Shown piece after piece: positions 35,953 to 48,890 of a stretch of DNA of 52,691 nt. How positions within the stretch are numbered: the stretch's first letter is position 1; each line of letters starts with the position of its first letter. The position numbers were made by a program, and so were the translations under genes. The notes under the pieces were generated by a model that made no database searches, had not been told where the DNA came from, and saw nothing but the letters and a program-made list of their open reading frames with translations. Source of the DNA: Atractiella rhizophila (lineage: Eukaryota); assembly GCA_021432655.1 (NCBI GenBank), contig MU271296.1:13631-66321 (forward strand), read 5' to 3'.

Positions 35953-37185
35953 TTAAGGGATGAAGGACAACGGGTTCAACAGCCTCCCTTCCATCCCCCC
36001 ACTCACAAAAACGCACTCGCCAGAAACATGCCCTGAAACTTTCTCACTAGCAAGGAGGAGAATCTGTAAGGCGACATCTTCGGGAGTCGCAATCTTCTTC
36101 AACGGCGTTCTGGTAAAAATCATCCATTAACTCTAGAGCATCAGCTGAACTTAAGGAAAGAATGTACGTTGCGACGGCGCGTTCGAGCACGCGGGCATCG
36201 TTGAGGAGGTGTGCAGCCATGGGCGTTGCTACCTGTTACCAACAGATCACGTTTATTAATGGTTTTTCCTTGAACATGAGATAGCCGTTGTGCCGCCAAA
36301 CAAGAGCTGCGGGTGGGTGCAGGGAGGAGAGAGAAACTCACCCAACCTGGCGCGACACAATTGACTCTTCCCCTCGGCGCCAGCTTCACGATCTCATTTT
36401 TGAGGGTAGGGAGCAAACCGTGCATCATTGCTGCCTAATAATCGTTGACATCACTTTACTTCCGGTCGATTCTAAGAAAAGGAGAGAGAATGCCTGCCTT
36501 CGAAGAGGAATAATCTGCATGTCCCGCCTCCCCAAATTTCCCGCTAGTGCTCCCAATGAGTACAACGCAAGGACTTTGGGTTTTATCCTGCGGTTGACGC
36601 TGAGCGATGGAGCGGAAAAATGCTCGTATGAGGAAGAAGGTGCCTGGAAATACAACAGTACGAAACATGAGCTGCTTGTAAAAAGGGAGTAGAGGCGCAC
36701 CTCGGAGATTGATCCCCATCGTCCGATCCCACTGCTCTGTGCTCATCTCGTGAATGGGAACGTCTTCCGGCAGAGCGATACCATGATTCACGACGAGAAC
36801 ATCGACACCTTCTCCTATGCTTTCGAACATCTTCTCTACCGCACTCTCATCAAGCACGTTGGCTTGTACAGAGGACACCCCTTCTGGAAAAGGCTGAGCG
36901 GAGGAGGCTGGAGGAGAGGAATTGTAGTGTGCGTAAACTCGGGAACCCTGCTCTGGCAACAGGTCGTGATATTCAGCAAAAGTCGGAACAGGGCAGCGGG
37001 GAAGCAGGGAAGGGACTAACCGTGGAAGGCTCGGACGGTAGCTTGTCCAATCCCACCTAAAAAATTCAAGGGTTAATCGCCAGTTAAGAATGTTTGCGAT
37101 TTGATTTGATCTGGCAAAAGGAATTGACCTCACCAGACGCCCCAGTGACAAGCACAACAGCGTGGTCCAGCCCCAAATCTATCAT
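35953..37185 (-). CDS. Short-chain dehydrogenase/reductase (classical SDR); multi-exon
   Basis: VLVTGASG-GIG, VDVLVVNHGI, INLRG, GSTSG, catalytic YSSSK, RVNCVAPGWV, VSGGMEGRLLN; stop at 35953. Confidence 0.92.
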
Positions 37186-39593
37186 TTCACCTTTTCTGCT
37201 AAAAATCAAGCTAATCGCGTCGTGTACTTGTCCAAGTCGTGTACGCCAACTCTTGAAAGCGCGTCGGTCGGCTCCGGACCCAAGTCGGCTCCCCATCCCT
37301 CCCGTTGTTCCGCCCGTTCACGAATTGCTTGATAGGACTGTCTGGGTTCGCGACTGGAGGGAGGCATTTGGTAGAGATGTTCCGAAAAGTAGCCTTCCGG
37401 GCTGTAAGACCCTGTTATTCGCACAAGACGTTCGTTCGGCCATTCACCCACGACATTTCCCCCTCCTCTGCCACTGTATCAGAACCTGAAAGTGTACCAA
37501 AGGCAAAGGAGATACCAACTGACTCGTAGGTCTTGTGTTGCTTAGTTTCGCGAAGCCGTCTGACCTCAATGAGAGTGAAGGAGCACGAGAGCCAAGGAGT
37601 AGAAATATCCTTTCCCAAATGCGTACATATTTTCGCTCACACATGTCACGTATCGAGAGTGTCATGGTGTAGGATCCATCGACCGCCGGAATGAGATCCT
37701 TCAGAACATTTCAAGAAAAATGGAAACTTGGAAGTCTGATCAGGCGGGACAAAAGATGAGACAAAGTAAGCGATTTGGTAGCTTAATCCTTTCCTGACAT
37801 TTGGGTAGGTACGCCCATGATAAAGTGGTTGCATCGAGAAGGTGGATTAGTTTTCTCGGCGTGCATCGCTCAATAACAAGAAGATAGGCAAACGCCGTCG
37901 AATACAACGCTTGATAGAAGAAAGAAAGGGGCAAGAAGAGAAATATCCACATCAGTGTCCCCACTGTGACCTTCGCCTGAAAAAGAAAGGCGCCTTAGCT
38001 GCGCAAGTGCTTCGAGACTGGTTGTACCCTCTAACGTTTACGACGCAGTCACGTTCAGCGGTTCCATACTAAAACAGAATGCTTCTTTTGCACAGGATGC
38101 GGGTCTATGTTCGGTGCGTATTTTACAATCCTTCTCATTCATAACCTTTACCCAGCGATCTCTAGCTACAAAATATGTAGCAGCAGTCCATCTGTCCCGA
38201 AAATTTGCGCCGCAAGATTGTCGCTCAGGTCGAGTTCTACGAGTAGCAACAAAAGAGGAGGACAGTCAGTGGATTTGTTCCGGCTGTGAAACAGCTTTCG
38301 GTGAGGGCGTTGTTTTGTTCGTTATACGATCTACTTCTAATTCATTGTAGAATCTGAGCCTGCATGCAAAGGGCATCAAGAAAGAAATACACAATGCAGC
38401 GGTACCCGACGCATCTTCGTCCCTTCCGTCAAGGAAATATTATATACAAATTATTCCAACTCCGACGAAGTGAAGAATTATTTTCAATGTCCCAAGTGTT
38501 CCGCGCGCTACGCTGCTATGTCCTCTCTATACACGTGAGGGATCGATCCCACTTAAGACTGGACTGACACAGGTCGTAGGCACTATAGCAAACATGCTGG
38601 GGACCGTAGGATCTGCTCTGGCTGTAAAAAACTGTATAGTGTGTGATTTTTCTCTCCTTGATATAGGCTCTTATTGCCATACCAAGCTTCCGCCACTGGT
38701 ATGTGGCATCATCAACGACGAAGCGCAAATTGCACTCATAAACCATGGTACCATCTCGCTTCTCGAGGTGCGATAGATCGGATTGTTTGTCTGGGCTGTG
38801 GAAAACATCACGGTGTGTTTTGCTAGGCTTTTTTCTATGAGAAACTCATGTCATATGGATGGTGGATAGATGACTGGTCGTCGTTTGATTCCCATAAGAA
38901 GTCCACAGAGAACTGTCGAGATGCTGATTTCTATCTTATCCCAGCCCTACAGGGTGATGCAAAGCAGTGATGAAGCAAAGCTTGTGTTCTTGGAGCATTG
39001 TTTACGCCAACATCAAACTGTCTAATATGATCCCTTCTCACACGAATACCTTGCCTCAGCGGGTCAGGTTGTCGTACGCTAAGCTGACTCTGTGATGAGG
39101 TCACAAATGTGTGCTTTTTATTTTAAGTCTCTCCTAATAACAATTAGGCAGCCCGTTCTTGGCCCCTCTAGGAAATACATTTTCAACAACGAATTGACCA
39201 TCGAACACTGAACGAAGCGAAGAAGAAATCAAAAAAGAGTTTACACTCTGAACTGAATAGAATACCAATAATCAGACGACACCCCCAAAAAAGAGCGCAA
39301 GTCAGCTTGCACTCATAGTAAAGAGTGTCGCACAAAGGTTGCTCAGACCATCAGAAACTCGAAGGCACGAAATGGTTATGTACGGTCGCAAGGGTAGATG
39401 TACAAGCTGAGGGTGCCTGGCGATTTTGAGTGATCGAAGAAAGTCGGGTAAAGGAGTGAATGAGGAGGTCTTGACCTCTTATCGACCAAATGAATGTGGA
39501 TATCTGTTCCTAATTCTACCTGTCTGAAGTACTTAGGAGCGCCACAGCGGTACGAGGGGGGCACGTACATTTTGCTTTTCCTCCTCATTCCGT

Positions 39594-41029
39594 TCACCGT
39601 GACCTACTCCTCAATCTCACAATCGCCCATTCTGCCCCAATCGAGAAAACGGCAACAGCGAGCGCGGCAAGGAGGACTTCCCAGTTACCGAAGAACTGCA
39701 GTCTTCTCTGTTCCTCTCCTTCCGGTTCATCCAAAACGAGGATGATGGCTCCCACCAACGAAGCGAGTGTAGGACCCGTCCACCTGCCCATCTCTCTAGT
39801 CGCATGCTCGAGCGCGAGCAAGAAGGCGGCGACAAGGGTTGTCCATCCCGACTGGAGGAGGAGGAGGACGGTGATGGAGTGTGGTGAGGAGAGGGAGACA
39901 GTAAGGAAGTGGAAGAGGAGGGTGAGGGAGGAGTAGGAGATGAGGGCGAGGAGAGAGATGGTGGAGCGGAGTCCGAAACCGAAGGGAATGTGAGGACGGT
40001 GAGGATGTGGAGTGGATGAGGATGAGATGCGCAGACTGGCGAGGAGAGAGATCAAGCTCAGTGCCAGCACTCCCAATACCCAGCCCTTCATTGCTGTTAG
40101 TTCAGTTCCTTCTTCAGCTTCAAGCCTGGCTACGAGATGAATGGTCCCTGGTCCAAGAATACGAAGCAACAGGGGCGGGAGGCAGTATGGACTCGAGAGC
40201 GTGACTGGGAGGATGGAGAGGGGGACGAGTGCAAGGGATGTGAGGGAGGGAGGTAGTGACAGGTATGGTTTTGCGACGGAGGAAAAGCTGATGGGACGGA
40301 AGGAGATGTAGGTAGAGAACCCAAAGATTGCTATCGCTAAGATGTGGACGAGGATTGGGAGGAGTTTGGTGTTCCTGTTGGAGCCTGTTCGGATGGAAGG
40401 TGGTGGGAGTGTCGGGGTCGTCTCTTCGGCGCAAAGAACTTTGATCCGCTGCTCTCTCGGGAGCTTCTCCTCCTTCGAATAAAGGCTTTCGAGCGAGATC
40501 ATCGTCGGGCTCAACGGTGGACTGCCAGCGGCACCTCCCTCCCTGAATCTCGCAGCCAAATTATCCTCGCTCTCCATCCTGACCACCACGTCCTTCAACC
40601 TCTCATCATTCTTGAACAAGAAGCTATCCTTCAGCCTCACACTTCCCTTTCCAACCGTCCCGCTGCTGAAACTGCTTTGGCTGTCTGCGGTTGAAGGACG
40701 TGGGCGGTGAGCCGGGAGGGAAGGCAAGTGTAGGAATTCAGGGGAGAAAAGCGAAGCGAATTCGCCCGGCGTGGATGGGGACAGGATGGGTGTGCGCGTT
40801 GGTGTCTTGAACCCTGAGCGACGGATGCTGCTGGTGGGTGTCCCAGTACATGAAGCGGGAGGAGCGAATGGATCGAGCTTTCGATTTCCCAAAGTGAGCA
40901 TCAATCGTGTAATGTAGACATGAGGAGACGAACCTCGTTCTGGATTGGGAACTGCCAGTCATAGTTGCTAACATGGCTTTCATCCGAAGCTCCCAGACTG
41001 AACCGCGACCTTTCCCTTTCTGGGTCCAT
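39594..41029 (-). CDS. Uncharacterised protein with S/P-rich N-terminus and multi-pass membrane C-terminal half (possibly transporter-like)
   Basis: Exon 1 MDPERERSRF...QNE joins via a GTTCGT..AG intron to ORF 39594-40904, which has roughly 7-8 hydrophobic segments. Confidence 0.7.
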
Positions 41030-41874
41030 CCCAGTTTCTTTTGCAATAGAAGGTAACAGTTACAAACGACAAATGGACAAATCGACTACTGATTGGGCTT
41101 TGAACAGGGAAGCATTGGACAGCAGGGGGATGAAAAGGACAGATAAAGCCTTTTATACAGAACGGGGGACATTATTCACGCACGGGGAACAGAAGCGGTG
41201 ACGCAGGCGTCAGAGCTCCCAAACAAACGTTAAGTCGTTTCCAACTGTTCAGCTTCTGATTCTGCCCCCGTTAGAGTCAATATTCATAACGTTAATTTGC
41301 CCAAACCAACTAAGAAACTACGATTTCACAAAGGAAATGAAAACAATCTCCGATGCCCAAATCTCCTCGACACTGAGGTTCCGACGAGAAAGTCATTAGC
41401 AGGCAGCTTCAAGTCTTCGTCGACACACTGGGATGTGTGTTGCTAGTGTCAGAGTAGAGCGTTGCGTTACACGGTTAAGCTGTAACAGTCCCGCGATCCT
41501 GGAACAAAACAAAACAAAAAGCCGAAACGTTATCTGTGTAGGGAGGACAAAAGAAAAATCCCGAAGTCAATCAATCAGCCACTTCCATGGTCACGTGTGT
41601 ATTCCATGATCGATCGTGCCTTTCGATACATTATCGATACCTGTGCTGGTCCAGCTTGGTACCAGGCTTGGTATAAACGTCTTTGCTTTAGAGTGTGCCG
41701 GGTCAAAGCTATTACGGTCCCACGCGTGTAGAGTACTCTGTGCTTTGATCTCGAGATCTCTAAGGTGCATATCAAACTTGAAGCCCCAAGTTTCTGCTGG
41801 TTTTGCATCAGTGCATCAGCTGGCTTTCTTTCACCAAGTAAATGAGCTGACAAACTGATTCACAGTAGCGCAAA

Positions 41875-42969
41875 ATGACTAGTCAGATCTTAATCCTCGG
41901 TTCCTGCTCCCTCGACCTCGTCTCATACGTCCCACATTTCCCCTCCGCCGGCGAGACCCTTTCCTGCACATCTTTCCTCCAAAACCTGGGCGGGAAAGGG
42001 TCCAACCAAGCTGTCGCTGCTTCACTTCTCTCTCCATCCAGCACCAGCGTCTCCTTCATTGGCGCCGTAGGGTCGGACGCTTACGCCCCTCTGGTGTTGG
42101 AGGGACTGAGGAAGAACGGGGTCGATGTATCCAATGTGAAGAGGACGGAGGGAGACACTGGACTGGCGATTATTTGGGTGGAGGAGAAGACGGGAGAGAA
42201 TCGAATCGTCATCGTCCCCGGCGCGAATGCGAGCGTGGATCATGCTTCGTATCTTCAAAACAGTGGGCTCAACCCTTCTGAGAATCAGGCCGGGAGTACT
42301 TTCTTGCTCACACAGCTCGAGATCCCTTTGAACGTCGTCATCGATGCCAATATCCACGCAAGCAAAAAAGGAATAACAACAATCTTCAATCCCGCTCCAG
42401 CTCCATCCTCTTCCAAAGCCCAAGAATTCACTGACATCTTCTACTCCTCAATCGACTATCTCGTCCTCAACGAAGTGGAAGCGCTCCAACTCTCTACTTC
42501 ATCCCATTCCACCTCGCCGGACCATCCGTCTCAATCCACGATGAAGGCCGAGTCCGATCTCTCTCTCCTCCCTCTCTCCTCTCTGGCCGACTTTGCCATC
42601 CCCCTCCTAGCCCGCGGCATTCGCAAAGCCGTGATCCTGACTCTTGGAGCACGAGGGGCAATCTACGTCCCATCCTCTCCTCCACAGCATGATGCGTCGA
42701 AGCAATCCAATGGATCCAAGTATGTGCATGTAAAAGCGAAGCGCTACCGCCCACCGGGAACTGAAGAATGGAAGCAAGTCGTGGACACAACTGCTGCTGG
42801 AGACTGTTTCATTGGTGCTTTTGCTGGAGCCGTAGGAAGAGGATGGAGCGATGTGGAGGCTGTGGAGTGGGCTTGTAAGGCGAGTGCTATCAGTGTGGGC
42901 AGGAAAGGAGCTGGAGGGAGCATTCCGAGTTTGAGAGAGGTGGAGGAGGGAGAGTGGGAGGATTTGTAG
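41875..42969 (+). CDS. RBK1: Ribokinase (PfkB family), single exon
   Basis: GSCSLDLV, GGKGSNQAVAA, IGAVGSD, TGLAIIWVE..GENRIVIVPGAN, QLEIP, FNPAP, LNEVEA, TLGARGA, VVDTTAAGDCFIGAF. Confidence 0.95.
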   Translation: MTSQILILGSCSLDLVSYVPHFPSAGETLSCTSFLQNLGGKGSNQAVAASLLSPSSTSVSFIGAVGSDAYAPLVLEGLRKNGVDVSNVKRTEGDTGLAIIWVEEKTGENRIVIVPGANASVDHASYLQNSGLNPSENQAGSTFLLTQLEIPLNVVIDANIHASKKGITTIFNPAPAPSSSKAQEFTDIFYSSIDYLVLNEVEALQLSTSSHSTSPDHPSQSTMKAESDLSLLPLSSLADFAIPLLARGIRKAVILTLGARGAIYVPSSPPQHDASKQSNGSKYVHVKAKRYRPPGTEEWKQVVDTTAAGDCFIGAFAGAVGRGWSDVEAVEWACKASAISVGRKGAGGSIPSLREVEEGEWEDL

Positions 42970-43068
42970 AGAAAATAAATAACGGATATTTTGTAAAGAA
43001 TCGGATAAAGTGGATCGATTGATCTACAACAGACTTGGCATAATGTACATTGTTTTGTACGCATAACT

Positions 43069-44191
43069 TCATGCGATCTTTAGGACAAGGTCCTTTGGTG
43101 TTTGGTCAAGGTGGGAAAATCCCTTCTGGACGGTCTCCAATAAACTTCCCTGATCCACTACTTCAATTTCGCGTGTGGTTTCGAGAGTGCCTTCTTCAAG
43201 GAAGGTGTGGAGCGTCTTGAAAGCGATCGGTAAAAGCTTCTCATCCTACAAATCCTTTATCAGTCATCGAGTGTGAAAGAAAGGACAAGACAAGCGTACA
43301 TTGACGAGGTCAAACACAACGGCCCTGGTCCACTTGACATGCTTCGGTATAGACGAAGGAGTAGCACGGATGATGGGTACAACGTGGGCTTCTTTCGAAT
43401 CCAGGACTTGAAAGAGGTCCTTCCCGCCTTGCTTATCACCCATGTACACGAGCGCTTTCTTCAAAGGAGTCCCGCCAAGCTCCTTCTTGATCTGCTTCGC
43501 GACATCGCTATCCCCTCTATCGAAGACCGCTTTGGCTCCTAACGCTTTCAAGCGCTGGAAGTGCGCCTTGGAGGCGACTGCGAGCACGTTCACGTATCCT
43601 GTCCTTTTCAGGATTTGGAGCGCGTAGACGCCGACGGATGTGGATGCAGCCCAGATGAGAAGAGGGGTTTCCGACTCTTCCTTGGAAGGTGTGAGGGAGA
43701 GGTTGGTGTATTGTGGGCCGAAGAGCGTCCAGAAGGCGGTGAGGAAGGTGTGGGGGACTTTGGAGAGTTGCGAGAGCGAGAGAGTCGAGGAAGACGGAAT
43801 GGGGGTGAGCATGGTGCGTTTGACGGTTACGAATTGAGCATAAGAGCCGATGGCATAAGAAACGCCAGCAACCTGTGGTGATGAACTTGATTAGTCCTTG
43901 GTCTTTCAGACGCAGATTTGCGGAGGGAAAGCTCACCTTCTGTCCCACTTCAACATCCGTCACTCCTTCACCAATCGCTGTCACTGTCCCGGCGAATTCC
44001 ACTCCAACGGTGAAAGGCCACTTGGAGACGTACGCGCCAGTTTCGGCTTGACTTTTATCGACATGATTCACTCCTGCATACTCGACTTTCACTTGAACTT
44101 CATCCTTATGGACACCGGGAATGGGTAGGTCGATGGCTTGGATCGGTTTCCCTTCAGCTGGGATTGCAACGGCGTTATATGTCTTGGACAT
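43069..44191 (-). CDS. Medium-chain (GroES-like, MDR) NAD(P)H reductase, enoyl-reductase/quinone-oxidoreductase-like; 3 exons
   Basis: EVQVKVEYAGVNHVD, GVEFAGTVTAIGEGVT..VGQKV, LIWAASTSVGVYALQI, LKALGAKAVFDR; no Zn-binding Cys cluster seen; stop at 43069. Confidence 0.88.
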
Positions 44192-45132
44192 GGCGAATAT
44201 GGATCGAAAGGCAGGCTGTGGAAAGTGCGCGAGATAGATGGCTTTTGAGGAGAAGGTGCTTCCGTTGGGGATCGGTGACAGTCCTCACTCACCGTCACCT
44301 CCTTTTATCTCTTCTCCTCCCGTCAGCCACCGTTGGGAGCGGCAACAGCGGGAAAACGAAGGCTAAAGAAAGCAATGGTCGGAGTGAGCTCGTCGGGAGT
44401 CAATGCGACATTTGCCCTTGAATTCGCCATCCTTTCATACGCTGGGACCTGGGTTTGTATGTGTACAGTCAGCTCTCGTTCATCAGCGGGAACTGTGAAG
44501 ACGACAGCACTCGCAACTTTGGGAGGAGTACATAAGCCGGGACGTCCAGTCTAGTTGTCACGGTCCCGACTTCGTCAACGACAGCGACTCGTACCCGAAG
44601 ATCCTCACTCCTCTTATATAAGCTGGAGATGTTAAATGCCACACCGAAAGTATTCGTGGTCATCATGTGAATGTCGCTACGAAGCGCTTGGAGTCACCCT
44701 TCAGGTCATTGAAGTCCGAAGTGTCATTACAGTCATGGTCTCAATCGAGGCAAGCAGCAAAGGTGAATATCTCGGTGTAGAAGTCTCGCAAAGTCTTGCA
44801 GGCTTGGAATTCAAGCCTTTTCTGCTATGAAAGTATCCTCTCCCAGATTTAGCAGGCCACATTATTTATCAACAACGGTTTGTGGAAAAAGTGAAGTTGC
44901 CGGAGTGATGTATAAACTCACAATGCAGCGTTGTTCCTGCGGGGTGTGCGACTGTTTCCTTGGATGTGGAAGTCTTGCACGAACTGAAATAATTCATGTT
45001 ATGAACAGTCCATGCATTTCCAAGAATCTATCGCAGGCAATGTACTAATGAGTAGTGGTATATATGATAATCTGTGATCGGAAAAAACAATAAATGACGT
45101 AGGAGAAACTGGGCATCGCTGAAAGAACGCAG

Positions 45133-47831
45133 TTAGGCTGCTGACGCGACAAGTGATTTCCCCTTAATGCTGTTGCAAGGAAGGGAAAGTCAGTCTCGTC
45201 TATTCTGACTGGGGAGATACAACATACCTGATGTTCTTTATAAATGCTGAGCAGATCATACAACCCAATCCCGTGCCAATCCCTTCACATTCTTGTCAGC
45301 CAGATATGTCAGAAAAGAGGAAGTGCGCACCAAAGAGGAATGTGTGGTCCAAAGCGTAAACGTAGGCTTTTTATTACGCCAGGACGTAATGCAGGGTCCT
45401 ATCACATCAGGTTTGCATTAGCATGGCAGCCAAGGCTATCCATGTAGGCCTACGATGTGCTTGATTCCCTCAACGCTGAATCGGACAATGTCGTATGGTG
45501 CATCGGGGGCAAATTTGTGTAAGCCCTTTGTGAGCTCGTTTCCGAATAAAGTGTTCGACACGGAAAGACCAATCACTCCGCCGATCAATTGTACGAAGTT
45601 GAATAAAGCAGTGGCTTGTGGCACATCCTTCTCATGTTCCACATTAGCCTGGACCGCTATAATGCTGTTGTCGTCGTCAATACCCAGAAAGCTGAGCGAC
45701 AAGGCAGCTCACAGGTTCTGCAGGACGCAACCAACTCCACCAGCCGCGATAACTTGATAGCCGTACAGTTTGGCATCCGACGAATCAGCTATGCACATTT
45801 ATTAAAGACGTATACAGTCATGGGAACATGACCTCACCCTTGAGCGTGTAGAGCAGACCAGACCCAACGCAAAGCAAAGCAGGCGTGAGGACAATGACAT
45901 AATAATAGTGACCGGTAACTTTGTGTCATCTTAGCTCAGCATAAAAGATGGAGTAAAGAAACTTACCAGTAATGAACACCCCGGAGAGTGCAGAAAAGAC
46001 GACAATGGCCATCATAAAAGGCAGAATGTCGATTCCAGATCTGGTTGCAGAGTGTCCCTTGACAGCTTGAAACAGAATTGGCCTACGAAAGAAGTTAGCA
46101 CGTTAGGGAGATGTCGTTGGCAAGTAAAAGCGTACAGGAAGTACTAAACAATTATCCTGATAGTGAGAACGGCAGCTTCCATCAGGACTGCACTTACGAT
46201 GGTCACGATCTGCCGATCCAGTAAAGTCAGTATGGGGAACTCAGGGATAGCAGACATCAACGCACCAAGCTGAAAAAGACGAAGAACGCCGCAAAACTGG
46301 CTCCCATTTGGGTGCGTTTCTTAAAGTAAGCGAAAGGCAGCATCCTATAAGGTCCAGCGAAATAGTGCTCGTATATAACGAAGATGGGGATGATGCCTGC
46401 GAAGGCGCAGAAAAGACCAATAATTACTGGGTCGTCCCATGCATATTGGTTTCCTAACCAACCTCTCAGTGAAAGCTGGGAAGAGAAGAACTAGAAGGCG
46501 AACCTCCCCATTGCAGAGGCAGTTGCAGGCAAGTAATCAGCCCGAGCATAATGAGCGATCCACCCCAATCCAGGCTTGCGAAGCGGAAGAGAAAGCTTTT
46601 TGGGTTCACTTTCCATAATCCGAAACCGCTCAGGAGCCATCCGAATCGTTTTTTCGTCAGCTCGGCGACGGCAGCTGGGACAGGAGGAGGGACGGTCGAT
46701 TTGATGATGAAGAGGATGCAAGTGACAGTGATTGCACCAATGGGCAAGTTGATATAGAAACACCAGCGCCACGAGACATGATCTTCATGAAATGAGTGCT
46801 GGTGGACGACACGGCAGAGCAAACACACTCACCAGTAAAGGCCCCACCGAGTAACGGTCCAATTACGCTGTAGAGGAATGAATACCACTCGCAGAAACAG
46901 CAAAGCAGCGTACCTCGATAATGCAAACACAGCTCCAAAAGCGCCGAAGAACTGCCGAAATAGGGGCATAAGACTCCAAAGGTTAGGGCGGTTTGAGAGA
47001 CTCACCATAGGCCGCTGTTCAAGCCGTGTCGTCTCCGCGATCAGACTCAAACATGCCACAAATATGCCAGCTGCTCCTAAGCCGGCAACCGCTCGTCCAA
47101 AGATGAGGAATTGGACCGAGGTGGCGACAGCGCAAAACAAGCTCCCTAACTCAAACAGGGAAACTGCCCAAATGAAGACCCATTTGCGATCGAAAACCGA
47201 AAGCATAGTCCCGTATAGAAGCCTGTTCATTAGGATGAGAACGGTAGCAATGCCCCTCGGAGAAGGACGAACATGAAGGTTGCCTGCGTGAGAAAGTAGC
47301 TAGGTGAATATTGGTAAGTACCTTTCGAGACAGGGAGTAACACGGCATACGCAGACGATACCCAGCCGATTTCGTCCAGGGAATTAAACTTGGAGACAAT
47401 TACTGGAAGTGCCTACGTCGAAAAGTGAGATCATCAGAGTTGGTATCAGCAAAGAGACATGCAGGTGCAATGATCGTTTGATCTGTACATTTGTATCAGA
47501 CTTGTGCTTCCTAGAGGGGTGAGAGAAGCATACCAAGAGCGATGAGAAAGACGGAAAGCATCATTCCAACAAACACGAGTATGAGCGGCCATCCTGACAG
47601 GAATCTCGATTCATCCTCATAGTCAATGCCACCTTCATGAACCTTCTCCTTATTGCCACTCGTCCCAGCTTCAGCCTTTTCCAACTGCGCATCTTCATCT
47701 TCCGCATCTAAGCCTTTCTTTGACTCCTCAATCTCATCTCGGTCCTTCTTGTCATCACTCTGGAAGTCAGAATCCAGCGCTGCCTTCTCATCTTCAGGCA
47801 CCATCGTCGTCTCGTCTGCTGGTTTCGACAT
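45133..47831 (-). CDS. MFS drug:H+ antiporter, DHA2 family, paralog of 27002-29392; intron-rich with 12-nt and 8-nt microexons
   Basis: LIALDQTIIAPALP, IFGRAVAGLGAAG, HVSWRWCFYINLPIG, LQWGG, FQAVKGHSATRSGID, LHKFAPDAP; stop at 45133. Confidence 0.93.
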
Positions 47832-48554
47832 GACTGTGACTTTGACAGCTGAGATCGATGCAGGCACTTTTAACTAGGAACTGTGACCAGTGCAGCAAGG
47901 AAACCGGAGGAAAAGAAGGACAGCGCTTTTGAAGGCAAGTTGGCCGTTTGAAGACAGCAGGCCACGTCGGACGACGGCAAAACTTCGTTTTATTCGCATG
48001 TGGGGTAAGTGCCGACGGGAACTCATAATCCCGCATAAGCACGGAGCAAGGATCAGGTAAAAACGTCCAGTTGTTTACGAGAGAATGACAGAGGACTCCG
48101 TGACCTTCCTGAGATACCCGAAATAATACAAACCGTGGACATCACGTAAGGAATAAAAGCCACGGACAACATACCCAAGGACGTCTACAACAATAGTTGC
48201 AAGGTGAGTGGAAGGCGTGGGCAAGAGTATGAAGCAGCAAATTTGTTGACCTACAGAATACTGACCGTCAGGGAAGCAATTTAGGAACGGCGAAAGCGCT
48301 AGATTGATCGCCAGTGACATGGTGTTTAACCGCGCTCCTAATTTGGCTTTGGTAGATGCTTGCGGTGTCATCACCAACCCTTTCATACTCTGTGAGAATC
48401 ACACTGTTCTTACATAATTTTTTAAAAACATTTTTGCAGAATAATGTTCATTGCGAGTTCTTGGCAGCTGCGGCCTTGGACCTGCAGGCTCAAAAAAAAT
48501 TGGTCGATGATAGCGTTAAACTAGTCGCTCCGTGCAGCAGCATCGGAATGATAC

Positions 48555-48890
48555 AGGGTAGCATTCTGATAAGAAGGGGAACAATATGCACTAAATAGCT
48601 AAATACCTTAGAGACAATGGCCTGAGCTAGTCCCACCGAAGCCGGGACTATTTTTTCTGCCAACCCAAACGCAAAAATATTGTATGGCACTTCGATTCAG
48701 CTTTCATGCCTCTAACACATAAAGCGAGGGTAAACTTCTGATTAAAGGGGAACAAACTGCATTAAATAGCTAAATAGCTGAGAGACAATGACCTGAGCAA
48801 GTCACGCCGAAGCCGGGGTGACTTTTTGATAGTCTAGACGCTAAAATTTTGCTTGTAGCACTTCGATTCAGCTTTTATGCATATGGCCCT
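48555..48890. repeat. Two diverged tandem copies of a ~171-bp unit with a conserved hairpin and CCGAAGCCGG core
   Basis: AGGGTA..TTCTGAT..GGGGAACAA..TAAATAGCTAAATA..AGAGACAATG.CCTGAGC..CCGAAGCCGG..GCACTTCGATTCAGCTTT occurs starting at 48555 and at 48727. Confidence 0.9.

Noticed and set aside
37400..39000. Possible small secreted-protein genes (e.g. LEKR-DGTMVYEC... at 38516-38795 minus; MWIFLFLPL... at ~37950 minus)
   Set aside because: Could not build a complete model with start, signal peptide and consistent splicing.
48799..48837. Helitron 3' end (hairpin followed by CTAG)
   Set aside because: CTAG is present only in copy 2, is not followed by T, and homology between copies continues ~45 bp beyond it.
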